A stretch of DNA of 64,000 bases from Thermoanaerobaculia bacterium (GCA_963664405.1 OY761158.1:4704001-4768000); one strand, 5' to 3'. Positions 37,423-48,336 are shown, counted from the stretch's first letter. Notes: generated by a model not told the origin, from the sequence alone. A program made the numbers and translations.

Positions 37423-38919
37423 TCACTTGCCCGGCATCAGCCATTCCTTGGGCGCCACGAAGCCCTCGCGACCTTCGTCATAAGGAGGTAATCCGTCCGG
37501 GGGCTGCAGCTCTCGGAACTTCTGTGCCTGCACGAACATCTTCAATGCAACGTCGGGGCGTCTGTTGGCGAGATTCGTCGTCTCGTTTGGGTCCTCGAGG
37601 ATCTGGAACAGGAGTATCTTCCGCTTATCGGAGTCCACCCGCCGGTCGGCGAGGCTGGGTCCGGTAACCATCAGCTTCCACTCCCCGTCCGTGTAGGAGA
37701 CCTGTTCTGTCTCTTCTCCGTCCGCCCCGGTGTAAGAGTAGATCTCTCGATCCACTTCGTCTTCTGCGCCGGTTAGCAGGTCCAGTGCGTCGATTCCATC
37801 GAGGGGTTTGCCGCCGTGATCCTGGATGTCGAGAATCCGCATCAGGGTCGGCAGTACGTCTACGAAGGCGAGAGGAGCGCTCAGCTTGCGACCGCCATCG
37901 AATCCGTCCGGCCAGCGGATGGCGGCGGGCACTCGAATGCCGCCCTCGAAAGTAGTGGCTTTGCCCTCCCGCAGCGGTGCATTCGACCCGATACCCCGCA
38001 CGCCGCCGTTGTCACTGAAGAAGAGGACCAGCGTATTGTCTCCCTCACCGGTCTCTTCGACCGCCTCGAGAACCCTTCCGACGCTGTAGTCGAGAGCGGC
38101 GATCATTCCGCCCAGAATGCGGCGCGAGTTCCGCCTCTGCTCGAGGCCGGAGCCGCTGTCGTCGAGGCGGATGACGTCACCGGGCCATTCCCCCGGTACC
38201 GCTTCCAGGTCTTCATACGGCTTCGCGTCCTCCGGCTTGGCCTGGAAGGGCGCATGAGGAGCATTGAACGGGACATAGCAGAAAAAAGGCGCGGCGCCTT
38301 TGGCGTGCTCCTTGATGAAGCTGACGGCGGCATCGGCAATCAGATCGGTGGTACAGCCCTTGTCGTAATTCGACTCATAGCCCCTGTGCCAATCCAACTC
38401 GCCCTCCCGGTCATGGGCGAAGTAGTCGATGGCTCCGTTGTAGTGGCCCATGAACTCGGTGAAGCCTCGCCGCAGCGGGTGATACTTGATGTCCGAGTGT
38501 CCCAGATGCCACTTGCCGAAAATGCCGCGGTGCTCGTAGCCGGCCTGCCCCAGCACCTCGGCCAGAGTCGTCTCGCTGGTGTCGAGACCGCCCTGGCGCC
38601 AAGGCGGAAAAACGGTCCGCATCAGACCGAAGCGGATCGGCCAGCGCCCGGTCATCAGCCCGGCCCGCGTCGGTGAGCAGACCGGGGCAACATAGAAGCG
38701 GTCGAGCTCGACGCCTTCGCGGGCGAGCTTGTCGATATTGGGGGTCCGGATCTCCCCGCCGTGGAAACTGACATCCTCCCAGCCGAGGTCGTCGGCGAGG
38801 AGGATGACGATGTTGGGCTTGTCGCCCTGAGCGTTGGCGACAGCCATCGTCGTGAAGGTCGCCAGGAGCAGGGCGAGCACTGCCGGCCTCCTCAGTAGAG
38901 GGAGCTCTGTTCTTCTCAT
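37423..38919 (-). CDS. Arylsulfatase (ARSB-like), secreted
   Basis: PNIVILLADDLGW, CSPTR, GKWHLG, FNAPHAP, SDNGG, EGGIRVP. Confidence 0.93.
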   Translation of the reverse strand: MRRTELPLLRRPAVLALLLATFTTMAVANAQGDKPNIVILLADDLGWEDVSFHGGEIRTPNIDKLAREGVELDRFYVAPVCSPTRAGLMTGRWPIRFGLMRTVFPPWRQGGLDTSETTLAEVLGQAGYEHRGIFGKWHLGHSDIKYHPLRRGFTEFMGHYNGAIDYFAHDREGELDWHRGYESNYDKGCTTDLIADAAVSFIKEHAKGAAPFFCYVPFNAPHAPFQAKPEDAKPYEDLEAVPGEWPGDVIRLDDSGSGLEQRRNSRRILGGMIAALDYSVGRVLEAVEETGEGDNTLVLFFSDNGGVRGIGSNAPLREGKATTFEGGIRVPAAIRWPDGFDGGRKLSAPLAFVDVLPTLMRILDIQDHGGKPLDGIDALDLLTGAEDEVDREIYSYTGADGEETEQVSYTDGEWKLMVTGPSLADRRVDSDKRKILLFQILEDPNETTNLANRRPDVALKMFVQAQKFRELQPPDGLPPYDEGREGFVAPKEWLMPGK

Positions 38920-38942
38920 GACTTGCTAGATTAGAGCATAGG

Positions 38943-41012
38943 ATGTTTGATCACGCGCTCGAAATCGCCACGGCCGGGGACATCGACAAAGCCGTCGAAG
39001 AGCTCCTCGACGAGCTCACCCTGGTAGAGAAAGTAGCGATGATGTCGGGGCGCGGCTTCCTCGACGAGATGCGCAGAAGCGGCGATCGCCTTGGCAGCTC
39101 CACCTACCAAGCAGGCGCCGGCAATGACCGCCTCGGCATTCCTACCCTCCAATTCTCGGACGGCCCGCGCGGCGTCATCACTGGAAATTCGACCTGCTTC
39201 CCGGTCGCCATGGCGCGGGGCGCTGCCTGGGATGTCGATCTCGAGGAGCGCATCGGCGAAGCCATCGGTCGCGAGCTGCGCGCTTTCGGAGGCAACCTCT
39301 TCGGCGGTGTGTGCATCAACGTGTTGCGCCACCCGGCCTGGGGCCGGGCGCAGGAGACCTATGGCGAAGACCCCTGGCACCTGGGCGAGATGGGCTCTGC
39401 GCTGGTACGAGGGGTGCAGCGCCATGGCGTCATCGCCACCATCAAGCACTTCGCCGCCAACTCGATCGAGCGCTCGCGTTTCAAGGTCGACGTCCGGCTC
39501 GGCCAGCGTGCCCTGCGAGAGGTCTACCTACCGCACTTCAAGCGCTGCATCGACGCCGGTGCTGGTTCGGTGATGTGTGCCTACAACAAGGTCAACGGCG
39601 AATGGTGCGGGCACAACCAAGAGCTCCTCCTTCGGATCCTCAAGGAGGAGTGGGGCTTTGACGGTTTCGTCCACTCCGACTGGCTACGCGGTGTTCACGG
39701 CCCCGAGGCGGCGGCTGCCGGCCTGGATATCGAGAATCCCGAAGCGGAGCACTTCGGAGAGCTCCTGGTCGCAGCCGTCGAAGAGGGTCGGGTTCCGAGG
39801 ACGGCGATCGACGACGCGGTGGGCCGCATCCTGCGCACCCTCCTTCGCTTCCGCGCTCAGCCCGATCGCGAGACCTACACATCCGCCCTTGTCGCGTGTC
39901 CCGACCATGTGGCTCTGGCGCGCGAGGCGGCCGAGAAGTCGGCGGTGCTGTTGCGCAACGAGGGCCCCGTGCTGCCCTTGGAGCGTCGCGAGGTGAGGCG
40001 TCTCGCGGTCATCGGCAAGCTCGCAGCGAAGGCCAACCTCGGCGACCTGGGCTCGAGCCGGGTACGTCCGCCCTATGTGGTGACTCCGTTGCAGGGTCTC
40101 GAGTCTTACCTTGGCGAGACTGCCCTGGTGCTCTTCGACGACGGCTCGGACCCCGAGCGCGCGGCGACTCTCGCCGAAACCTGCGATGCCGCGGTGGTGG
40201 TGGTCGGGACGACTCATCGCGACGAAGGTGAGTTCATCTCGAGTGAGATGCTCGCCGGTCGCACCCTCGGTGGCGATCGCGAGATCTTGACGCTTCACCG
40301 TGGCGACGAAGATCTTCTGCTGGCGGTGACCGGGGCCAACCCGCGCACCGTCGCCGTCCTGGAGGGAGGCAGTGCCTTCATCATCGAGCGCTGGAGGCGT
40401 GAAGTCCCCGCCATCCTCATGCTGTGGTACCCGGGTATGGAGGGCGGGACGGCGCTGGCTCGCCTCCTTTTCGGAGACGTGGCTCCGTCGGGCAAGCTGC
40501 CCTTCACCATTCCTCATCGCGCCGACGAGCTTCCTTTCTTCGACGCCGACACCGACCGTATCGACTACGGTCTCTACCACGGTTACACACTGCTCGACCG
40601 CGAGGGCAGCGAGCCGGCCTACGCCTTCGGCTTTGGCCTTTCCTACACCACCTTTGAAACCAGCGACCCGAGGGTAGTGGTGGAGAGTGACAGGGCCGCG
40701 GTCACAGTGAAGGTGCGCAACACCGGTAGACGCGCCGGCGCCGAGGTCGTCCAGCTCTACGTCGGCTTCGCTGAGTCCTCGGTCGACCGACCAGCACGGC
40801 TGCTTCGTGCCTTTACACGGCTGGAGCTATCGCCTGGCGAGGAGCGCGACGTGACCCTGGAGGTGCGGGCCGGTGACCTCAACTGGTACGACGAGGCCGC
40901 AGGCAGCTTTGCGCTCGAAGACATCGAGTACACAGCACTTGTCGGCGGTTCCTCGCGCGCACAGGATCTGGTGGGCGCGCGCTTCCGCTTCGACAGCTTC
41001 AGCCGCTCTTAG
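38943..41012 (+). CDS. Glycoside hydrolase family 3 (beta-glucosidase-like)
   Basis: SDGPRG, WGRAQETYGEDP, KHFAAN, SDW nucleophile motif, FGFGLSYTTF, Fn3-like tail. Confidence 0.94.
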   Translation: MFDHALEIATAGDIDKAVEELLDELTLVEKVAMMSGRGFLDEMRRSGDRLGSSTYQAGAGNDRLGIPTLQFSDGPRGVITGNSTCFPVAMARGAAWDVDLEERIGEAIGRELRAFGGNLFGGVCINVLRHPAWGRAQETYGEDPWHLGEMGSALVRGVQRHGVIATIKHFAANSIERSRFKVDVRLGQRALREVYLPHFKRCIDAGAGSVMCAYNKVNGEWCGHNQELLLRILKEEWGFDGFVHSDWLRGVHGPEAAAAGLDIENPEAEHFGELLVAAVEEGRVPRTAIDDAVGRILRTLLRFRAQPDRETYTSALVACPDHVALAREAAEKSAVLLRNEGPVLPLERREVRRLAVIGKLAAKANLGDLGSSRVRPPYVVTPLQGLESYLGETALVLFDDGSDPERAATLAETCDAAVVVVGTTHRDEGEFISSEMLAGRTLGGDREILTLHRGDEDLLLAVTGANPRTVAVLEGGSAFIIERWRREVPAILMLWYPGMEGGTALARLLFGDVAPSGKLPFTIPHRADELPFFDADTDRIDYGLYHGYTLLDREGSEPAYAFGFGLSYTTFETSDPRVVVESDRAAVTVKVRNTGRRAGAEVVQLYVGFAESSVDRPARLLRAFTRLELSPGEERDVTLEVRAGDLNWYDEAAGSFALEDIEYTALVGGSSRAQDLVGARFRFDSFSRS

Positions 41013-41712
41013 ACAGTGCGAGAACCGAGCCGGTGACGATCTTCGCGTCGTCGTCGGCAAGAAAGGCGACCACCCGAGAGATCTCTCCAGGGGACAGCCA
41101 GCTTTCCGTGTCGGCATCGGGCATCGCCTCTCGGTTGGCCGGGGTGTCGATGATCGAAGGGGCGATGGCGTTGACTGTGATGTGGTCGGCGGCGAGCTCC
41201 GAAGCGAGCGACTGCGAGAAATTGAGGACCGCGGCCTTCGAAGCTGCGTAGGCACACATCTGGGCCGCCCCTCGGGTCAGCGCCGGCATCGCGGTCACAT
41301 TGACGATTCGCCCTCCTCCAGCCGCCTTCATCAGCGGCGCGGCAGCACGACAGCAGAGGAAACAGCTGGTGGCGTTCATCTCCTGCATCCGCTGCCAGTC
41401 GGCGAGCGTGGTATCGGCGAGCGCGGCGAAGACGAAACCGCCGACGATATTGCAGAGGATGTCGAGCCGTCCCTCGCTCTCTTCGATCGAGGAGAAGAGT
41501 GCGGCGACTTCGTCTTCGCGAGTGACATCCGCCTGGTGTAGCCCGACCTTGGAGGCCAAGCTGCCGAGAGTGTCCTCGAGAAGGCCGACTTCCTCCTCGA
41601 CGATCCAGGGCACATGAACGGAGGCACCGAGCTCGAGGAAGGTCTTGACGACTCCCCGACCCAGGGCACCGGTGCCGCCCGTGATGACCGCGACGCGCTC
41701 TTCGAGTTTCAT
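40999..41712 (-). CDS. SDR-family oxidoreductase
   Basis: TGGTGALG, YAASK, PSIIDTPANR. Confidence 0.9.
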   Translation of the reverse strand: MKLEERVAVITGGTGALGRGVVKTFLELGASVHVPWIVEEEVGLLEDTLGSLASKVGLHQADVTREDEVAALFSSIEESEGRLDILCNIVGGFVFAALADTTLADWQRMQEMNATSCFLCCRAAAPLMKAAGGGRIVNVTAMPALTRGAAQMCAYAASKAAVLNFSQSLASELAADHITVNAIAPSIIDTPANREAMPDADTESWLSPGEISRVVAFLADDDAKIVTGSVLALSKSG

Positions 41713-41721
41713 CGGATCTTC

Positions 41722-43173
41722 TCAGCCTCCAGGTGTTTGGGCGGCGCCTCGTTTGCGGCGTAGCTCCAGGATCTGCGGGTTTACGTGGTCTTCGGCCTGC
41801 TTCTCGGTGACGATGCCCTGGTCGCCTTGGTCGCGCATCCACGTCTCGAGCTCTAAGCTGAGTACCAGCTCCTCGTTTCGGAGGGAACGCTTGCCTGCGA
41901 GGTTGTTCATCTCGAGCGGATCGTTCCAGGTGTCGTAGAGCTCGGCGGCGGGGCGGTGCAGGTAGGCCTCGACTCGCGCGGCCGCGTGCGCGTCGCCGCT
42001 GGCCGCCTTCGCCTGCCACGAGGCGAAAACCGCATTCTGGGGCGGAACGGTGGTGATGTTCTGGTAGGTGGCCTCGGGCATCAGGTTGAGGATCAGTTTG
42101 TAACGGACACCCCTTACCGAGCGAATCGGATAGTCGACGCCACTGATGATGCCGCGGTTGGTGTGCACGCCGAAGACGTAGGCTCGATGGGCGGTGCGTT
42201 CACCGGTCAGGACATCGAAGAAGCTCAGACCGTCCAGATTCGCCGCCGGCTCACCCCCCGCCACCTGCAACAGTGTCGGCACGACATCGACATATTGCAC
42301 CATGGCGTCGGTTCGTGAGCCGGCCTCGACGTGGCCGGGCCAGCGCACCACAAAGGCGGTGTGCAGGCCGGTGTCGTAGAGAGTCCATTTGCCGAAGGGC
42401 AGCTGCGAGCCCTGCTCGCTGGTGTAGATGACGAGGGTGTCGTCGGTCAGCTTCGCTTTGTCCAGAGCGTCGAGAAGGGTCCCGACCTGGCCGTCGAAGT
42501 GGGTGATCTCGGCGTAGTAGCGCGCCAGGGTGTCGCGGGTCTCCGGGGTGTCGACGAAATAGGGGGGGAGTGTCAGCTTGGCCCGGTCGAACTGGGAGGC
42601 ATCTCCCTGGGTCAGGGGTGCGTGGGGGTCGTGGGAGGCCATGATCAGAAAGAAGGGCTGGGATTTGTCTAGCACCATGAAGGCCTGTGCCGCAGCCAGG
42701 CCCGGGTCGCTTCCGACCTCTTCCGCTTTCATATCCCCCAGCATCTCGAAGGGGAAGGAATCGGCTGGGCCGACATGCGACTTGCCGGCGAGGCCGACCC
42801 GGTAGCCGAGCGCGTCGAAGTAGTGGACCATGCTCTTGGTGCCGTCGCGGACGATGCTGTGATTCGGGTAGGCGCCACTGCGCACCGGATAGAGCCCGGT
42901 ATAGAGCTGTTGGCGAGTGGGGGAGCACATCGCGGTCCTGGTGAAGGCGCGAGTGAACAGCATCCCTTCGCTTGCGAGCCTGTCGATATTCGGCGTTGGA
43001 ACATCTGGATTGCCGTAAGCGCCGGAGTCGCTCCAGGTTTGATCGTCGGCGAGTAGAACGACGATATTGGGGCGCCCAGCATTGGGGCGCCCGGCATTAG
43101 GCTGCTCGGCCGCGGCACCGATGCCGGCTGCCACGAGTACGGTCAGGAAGAGGGCTGATCTCACTGTGCTCAC
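41722..43173 (-). CDS. Sulfatase (heparan N-sulfatase-like), secreted
   Basis: PNIVVLLADD, CSPTR, GKSH, DPHAP, GKWTLYD. Confidence 0.92.
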   Translation of the reverse strand: MSTVRSALFLTVLVAAGIGAAAEQPNAGRPNAGRPNIVVLLADDQTWSDSGAYGNPDVPTPNIDRLASEGMLFTRAFTRTAMCSPTRQQLYTGLYPVRSGAYPNHSIVRDGTKSMVHYFDALGYRVGLAGKSHVGPADSFPFEMLGDMKAEEVGSDPGLAAAQAFMVLDKSQPFFLIMASHDPHAPLTQGDASQFDRAKLTLPPYFVDTPETRDTLARYYAEITHFDGQVGTLLDALDKAKLTDDTLVIYTSEQGSQLPFGKWTLYDTGLHTAFVVRWPGHVEAGSRTDAMVQYVDVVPTLLQVAGGEPAANLDGLSFFDVLTGERTAHRAYVFGVHTNRGIISGVDYPIRSVRGVRYKLILNLMPEATYQNITTVPPQNAVFASWQAKAASGDAHAAARVEAYLHRPAAELYDTWNDPLEMNNLAGKRSLRNEELVLSLELETWMRDQGDQGIVTEKQAEDHVNPQILELRRKRGAAQTPGG

Positions 43174-43195
43174 GGTTTCGGACCAGCTCTTCGTG

Positions 43196-44392
43196 TTATT
43201 CCGCTCGCAGGGCGTCGATGGGGTCGAGGGAGGCTGCCCGATGGGCTGGTAGGACCCCGGACAATATGCCGGTCACCAGACTGATGCCGACGGCGAGTAG
43301 AGCGAAGCTGATTGGCGTTCTGATCGGGAGGCCCGGCACTGCCCCGCGCAAGATGAAGCATAGACCCAGGGCCGCCCCGAGGCCGAGGATACCGCCCACA
43401 GTCGACAGCGCTGCCGACTCGGCCAGAAAGACGAAACGCACCTGCTTTCGCGTCGCGCCGATCGATCGCATTAGACCAATCTCGCGAGTACGCTCGCCGA
43501 CCGCGATCCACATCATGGTCAGAATCCCCACCGCGCCGACCAGAAGCGAGATACCGGCAATGGCCGCAACGCCGAGAGTGATGATGTTCATGACCGTATC
43601 GAAGGTCTCGAGCATCGCCGCCTGGTTCATGATCGAGACGTCGTCGCGGCCGCCGTGGCGCTCCATGAGCAAGGCTCGGACTGCCTCTTCGACCTCCTCT
43701 ACCGCGTAGGAGGGGGGAAAGACGATATCGATCTCCATCAGCTCGTCGACGTTGAAGAGCCTCATCGCAGTAGCCACCGGAAGATAGGCGGCATCGCCGA
43801 TGTCGAAGCCGAGCATGTCGCCCTTGGGCTCCATGATTCCAACCACTCTGAAGCGGCCCCCGGCGATGCGAACGAATTGTCCGAGGGCCGACTCCTCGCC
43901 GAAGAGCTCCCGCGCCAGAGTCGGTCCGAGAACCGCCATCGAGGAGCCCTCGCGCGGATCGCCGGCCGGCCAGAACGAGCCCTGGCGGACTTTGAACTGG
44001 AAGACATCAGCGATCTCCGGCGTAGTGCCGTAGATGAAGACGCTCCGACCTCGGCCCCCGCCTTCGACCTGAGCGCTGCCCATCGCCATCGGCATCGCGT
44101 TCTGGACCTCGGGCAGCCGCTCGAGGGCAAGCGCGTCTTCCAGGGTGAGCGGATGGGTGGTGCCGCCGAGGACGCCGGGTATCCCGAGTGTTTCGCTCTT
44201 GCCAGGGTTGACTGCGATGATATTGGTTCCGAACTGAGTGAAGAGCTCGATCAGATAGGTGCGCGTGCCTTCGCCGATCGAGGTCAAGAGCACTACCGAG
44301 CCGACCCCCACTGCGATGCCGAGCATCGACAGCAGCGAGCGCAGGCGGTGACCGTACACCGCGTTCCAGGCGAGAGGGATCAGACCGGCCAT
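43196..44392 (-). CDS. MacB/FtsX-type ABC transporter permease
   Basis: RSLLSMLGIAVG, ISLLVGAVGI, ERTREIG, ASLDPIDALR. Confidence 0.92.
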   Translation of the reverse strand: MAGLIPLAWNAVYGHRLRSLLSMLGIAVGVGSVVLLTSIGEGTRTYLIELFTQFGTNIIAVNPGKSETLGIPGVLGGTTHPLTLEDALALERLPEVQNAMPMAMGSAQVEGGGRGRSVFIYGTTPEIADVFQFKVRQGSFWPAGDPREGSSMAVLGPTLARELFGEESALGQFVRIAGGRFRVVGIMEPKGDMLGFDIGDAAYLPVATAMRLFNVDELMEIDIVFPPSYAVEEVEEAVRALLMERHGGRDDVSIMNQAAMLETFDTVMNIITLGVAAIAGISLLVGAVGILTMMWIAVGERTREIGLMRSIGATRKQVRFVFLAESAALSTVGGILGLGAALGLCFILRGAVPGLPIRTPISFALLAVGISLVTGILSGVLPAHRAASLDPIDALRAE

Positions 44393-45594
44393 CAGCGTCT
44401 CGCCAATGCCTCGACCGGCTCCAAGCGCGTGGCCTTGCGTGCAGGCAAGGTGCCGAAGACCAGACCGAAGCCAAGGGCAACCGTGATCGCCGCGACAATG
44501 GCCCAGATCGGGGTGGTCACCGGGAAGGCGGGGTAGAGAGTGCGGATCAACCATCCGGCGGACATGCCGGTGAGAACTCCGACGGCACCTCCGGTGGTAG
44601 ACAGCAAGGCTGCCTCGGCCAGAAAGACGCCGAGAATCTGACGGCGACCAACACCGAGCGCGCGCAGCAGACCGATCTCTGCGGTTCGTTCGGACACCGA
44701 GACGAGCATTACGTTCATGATACCGATGCCGGCCACCGACAGCGAAACGGCGGCGATGGCGACAAGGGCCAGAGTGAGCACGGTGAGTATGGTCCCCAGG
44801 GTCGAGACCACCGCATCCTGCGTTAGGAGTGAGAAGTCGAGCTCGCCGTGACGCTCGAGTAGCACCGCCTCGATCTTTTCCCCGGCCCTGGCAATGTCGG
44901 CGTGGGCATGGGTCTGGAAAACGATTCTGAACAGCGAGCTACGATTGAAGATCTGCATCGCGGTGGCGACGGGAATGAAGACGATGTCGTTCAAGTCGAT
45001 ACCCACCTGCATACCGTGCTCGGCAAGCACACCGATGACCCGAACGCGCCTGTCGCCGATGCGGATGGTGCGCCCAACAGCGTTCTCTTCGCGAAAGAGC
45101 TCTCTGGCGGTCTTGCGACCGAGGACGGCAACTGAGCTGCCGCGATCGAGATCGCCCTCGGGGAGGAACTCTCCCTGGGAGACGCCGAACCCCTGGACCG
45201 GCATGATCTCGTGGGTGGTTCCGAGCACAGCTACCTGACGCCGACGCTCACCGTAGGCGATGCTCTCCGTTCCGGTGACGCCGGGGGCGAAGCGAAGCAC
45301 CTCGGGCACCGCGCGCTGGATCGCCTCGGCGTCCTGCAGGGTGAGGTCGTTGGGGACACCCATGACTCCCGGAAAGGTGCCGGTAGTCTCGTTGCGCCCG
45401 GGAATGACGATGATCAAGTTGCTGCCGAGAGTGGAGAACTGCTGGGTGACGAAAAGGCGGGCGCCTTCACCGAGGGAAGTCAGCAGGATCACTGCTGCGA
45501 CACCGATCGACATACCCGTCAACGAAAGCACGGTGCGCAGACGGTGCCCCCACAGCGCACTACCGGCGAAGCCGATCAGGTCACGAAGGCTCAT
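44392..45594 (-). CDS. MacB/FtsX-type ABC transporter permease
   Basis: GIGIMNVMLVSVSERTAEIG, PARKATRLEPVEAL. Confidence 0.92.
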   Translation of the reverse strand: MSLRDLIGFAGSALWGHRLRTVLSLTGMSIGVAAVILLTSLGEGARLFVTQQFSTLGSNLIIVIPGRNETTGTFPGVMGVPNDLTLQDAEAIQRAVPEVLRFAPGVTGTESIAYGERRRQVAVLGTTHEIMPVQGFGVSQGEFLPEGDLDRGSSVAVLGRKTARELFREENAVGRTIRIGDRRVRVIGVLAEHGMQVGIDLNDIVFIPVATAMQIFNRSSLFRIVFQTHAHADIARAGEKIEAVLLERHGELDFSLLTQDAVVSTLGTILTVLTLALVAIAAVSLSVAGIGIMNVMLVSVSERTAEIGLLRALGVGRRQILGVFLAEAALLSTTGGAVGVLTGMSAGWLIRTLYPAFPVTTPIWAIVAAITVALGFGLVFGTLPARKATRLEPVEALARR

Positions 45595-45613
45595 GCGATG
45601 GGACCCAGCATGC

Positions 45614-46318
45614 TCATGCGACGACTACCGGTCCGGTGACTTCGGCGCCGGTGAGACGTCGCTCGATCGATCCGTCGACCAGAACGATCACCCGGTCCGC
45701 ACGTTCGGCTACCGCCGGATCGTGGGTGACCACGACCAGGGTGAGACCCTCGCTGTTGAGACCGTCGAGAATGTCCAGAATCTGTCGCCCCGATGCGGTG
45801 TCGAGGTTGCCGGTCGGCTCGTCCGCGAGCAACACCTTGGGGCGCGTCACCATCGCGCGGGCCAGAGCGACACGCTGCATCTCTCCGCCGGAGAGCTGAT
45901 CGGGGCGGTGCTCGGCACGCTCGGCGAGTCCCAGACTCGCTAAGGTCTCGTGGGCTCGCCGCCGCCTCTCGCTGCGCCCGACTCCTTCGAAGATCAAGGG
46001 TAGCTCGACGTTGCCGACCGCGCTGAGCCGGTGCACCAGGTGAAAGAACTGAAAGACAAAGCCGATCTTGTGGCGTCGGATCGCGGTCAGCTCAGCGTCG
46101 CTCAGTTGGCTGACGTCGTCGCCGTCGAGGCGATAGGTCCCCGAGCTCGGACGATCGAGACAGCCGAGAACGTTGAGCAGGGTCGACTTGCCCGAGCCCG
46201 AAGGCCCCATGATCGCGATGTGTTCGCCGTCGGCGATCTCTTCGCTGATGTCGACCAGGGCGTGGACCGGGCGTCCTCCGACATCAAAAGTGCGGCTGAT
46301 GTGCTCGAGCTCGATCAC
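45614..46318 (-). CDS. ABC transporter ATP-binding protein (LolD/MacB-like)
   Basis: GPSGSGKST, LSGGE, LLADEPTGNLD, VTHD. Confidence 0.94.
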   Translation of the reverse strand: MIELEHISRTFDVGGRPVHALVDISEEIADGEHIAIMGPSGSGKSTLLNVLGCLDRPSSGTYRLDGDDVSQLSDAELTAIRRHKIGFVFQFFHLVHRLSAVGNVELPLIFEGVGRSERRRRAHETLASLGLAERAEHRPDQLSGGEMQRVALARAMVTRPKVLLADEPTGNLDTASGRQILDILDGLNSEGLTLVVVTHDPAVAERADRVIVLVDGSIERRLTGAEVTGPVVVA

Positions 46319-47475
46319 GGCGAAGCCGATGGCGCGGCCTCGGGCGTGGCGACCAGGGCGCCTGCTTTGATTTCGGGACGGTCGAGCGAGACTACGAGAA
46401 GATCCCCTTCGTCGACGCCGCTCTGGACCTCTGTGAAATTCCAGTTCTTGAGCCCGACCTCGAGTTGTCGCTCGGCCAGCTGCTCGCCTTCGACGATCAG
46501 AACCTTGTTGCCCTGCATCAGAGCGCCGGTCGGTACTCGTAGCACCTCTTCGCGGGTCTCGAGCAGGACCTCGACATCGGCCGAAGTACCGGGGCGCAAC
46601 TGCGCTGCCAGCTCTCGGTCGTCGAGCTCGACCTCGATCTCGACGGTGCGATTCTGGGCTTCGAGGTCGAGCACGAACACCGCAACTCGGGTTACGCGCC
46701 CCGGAAACTCCTGCCCTCGATGGGAGTCGACGGTCACCCGGACCGGTTGACCCTCTTTGACCTGGGCCGAGTCGGTCTCGTCCATCGGCGCACTGATGTA
46801 GATCGAGGTCGGGTCGAGCAGATCGATGACCGGTGGGATCGGCAGGGCCGGCGGCGAGGGCGACGCCCACTCCCCGATCTCCACCGAAACGTCGGCCAGA
46901 ACGCCGCTGAAGGGGGCCCGCAGCACGGTCTTCTCGAGCTCCACCTGCGCCAGGCCGACGGCCGATCTCGCGCGATCGTGATCCGAGCGCGACGCATCAC
47001 AGGCTGCGGCTGCCGACTCAGCCATACTGCGGACTTCGTCGAGAACATCGGCCGAGATGATCTCTTCTTCGGCCAGCCTTCGCATCCTCTCGGTCTCGCG
47101 CCTCGCCCGCTCGGCCGAGGCGCAGGCCTGAATCTGGCGTGCCGCGGCCGCGGCACGCTCCTTGGTGCTGAGATCGAGACGGGCCCTTTGCAGACTGTCA
47201 TCGATACGAAGAACGACGGAGCCCTTTTCGACCCAGTCACCTTCCCTGAAGGGGATCTCGACAGCGTTGCCGCCGTACTCGGGCGACATCCGAGTACGCA
47301 ACCGCGCCTTGACCGTCCCGGCGCGGGTGTTCGTCACGGTCTGCTCGACGGTGCCGTGGCCGACTTCGACGGTCCGAACCTCGACTGGCTTGGGCCGCAG
47401 CAGATACGACTGGGCCGCCCATATCGCAGCAACGACAAGGGCCGGAATTACCAGACGGAAGGCCCAACGCCGCAT
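46315..47475 (-). CDS. Efflux periplasmic adaptor (MacA/HlyD family)
   Basis: N-terminal anchor, GDWVEKG..LRAPFSG lipoyl halves, coiled coil, LRPGTSADV. Confidence 0.9.
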   Translation of the reverse strand: MRRWAFRLVIPALVVAAIWAAQSYLLRPKPVEVRTVEVGHGTVEQTVTNTRAGTVKARLRTRMSPEYGGNAVEIPFREGDWVEKGSVVLRIDDSLQRARLDLSTKERAAAAARQIQACASAERARRETERMRRLAEEEIISADVLDEVRSMAESAAAACDASRSDHDRARSAVGLAQVELEKTVLRAPFSGVLADVSVEIGEWASPSPPALPIPPVIDLLDPTSIYISAPMDETDSAQVKEGQPVRVTVDSHRGQEFPGRVTRVAVFVLDLEAQNRTVEIEVELDDRELAAQLRPGTSADVEVLLETREEVLRVPTGALMQGNKVLIVEGEQLAERQLEVGLKNWNFTEVQSGVDEGDLLVVSLDRPEIKAGALVATPEAAPSASP

Positions 47476-47700
47476 CGCTTTCACTTTAGCACCGAAGGTC
47501 CTGGTCCCGGCCAACACCCGCCCGGGTAGTTGCTCCACTCCGTTTCTGTCGGCAACAAGCTAGCGCTGATGTTCGCCAGCGTTTGTCCGCTTGCGTTCGG
47601 CGTCGGCGGCGTTCTGGTGAGCCGGTCCGCCAGGCAGGCGCTGGAGTCACCGACAAGTACATCCTGTGGACGGGCTGGGCATTCTAGGCGGAGGACCGCT

Positions 47701-48117
47701 CTACAACGAGCCGCGTGGAGCAATCCACTGCGTAGACTGGCCCGTAATCTTGGAGATGCGATCGTAATCGGTGTCGTAGTGCAGAACGATCGCTTCCCCC
47801 GTCTCCGCGGCAGCGGCGATCACCAGGTCGGCGATCTTGACGCTGCGGTGGTGGAGGCCGCCTGCGCGTGAGAGGTCTCGCTGCACCTTGAGCGCGCGCT
47901 CGAAGGTGGAGGAGTCGGTAGGAATGATGTGGAGACCGGACAGCTCTTCAGCGAGCGCCGCGTAGTCCTCCGCGGACCGCGCCGACCAAAGAATCTCGAG
48001 CCGGACCTGATCGCAGATTGCCAGCAGGTCCCTCTCGAGAAGCTGGTTCCACTCACGCGCCACATCGGGGTTGGTGGAATGGTGCCAGGCACTTGTGTCG
48101 ACACAGAAAAGCGTCAT
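47701..48117 (-). CDS. vapC: VapC PIN-domain toxin
   Basis: [32 protein letters not shown]. Confidence 0.92.
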   Translation of the reverse strand: MTLFCVDTSAWHHSTNPDVAREWNQLLERDLLAICDQVRLEILWSARSAEDYAALAEELSGLHIIPTDSSTFERALKVQRDLSRAGGLHHRSVKIADLVIAAAAETGEAIVLHYDTDYDRISKITGQSTQWIAPRGSL

Positions 48118-48326
48118 CGCCGAGGTCGAATTTCAGCGAGGCGCTCGGGTGAACGCTCGATCCCCATACCGGTTTCGATCCGTTCGGCGAGTCGCTCTCG
48201 AAGACGGCGACGAATCGCCTCTCTGAACGCCTCTTCGACTGTATCCTTTAGACCTGTCGTGCCGAGCGCCTGCTGAGCCTTACGCAGCAGCCCGTCATCG
48301 ACGTCGAGAGTGGTGCGTCTGTGCAT
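48114..48326 (-). CDS. vapB: VapB antitoxin
   Basis: [22 protein letters not shown]; ATGA overlap with vapC. Confidence 0.9.
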   Translation of the reverse strand: MHRRTTLDVDDGLLRKAQQALGTTGLKDTVEEAFREAIRRRLRERLAERIETGMGIERSPERLAEIRPRR

Positions 48327-48336
48327 GGCGTAACTA

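Noticed and set aside
43066-43100. 15-bp tandem duplication (PNAGRPNAGRPN) in the sulfatase N-terminus
   Set aside because: In-frame linker duplication with no evident consequence.
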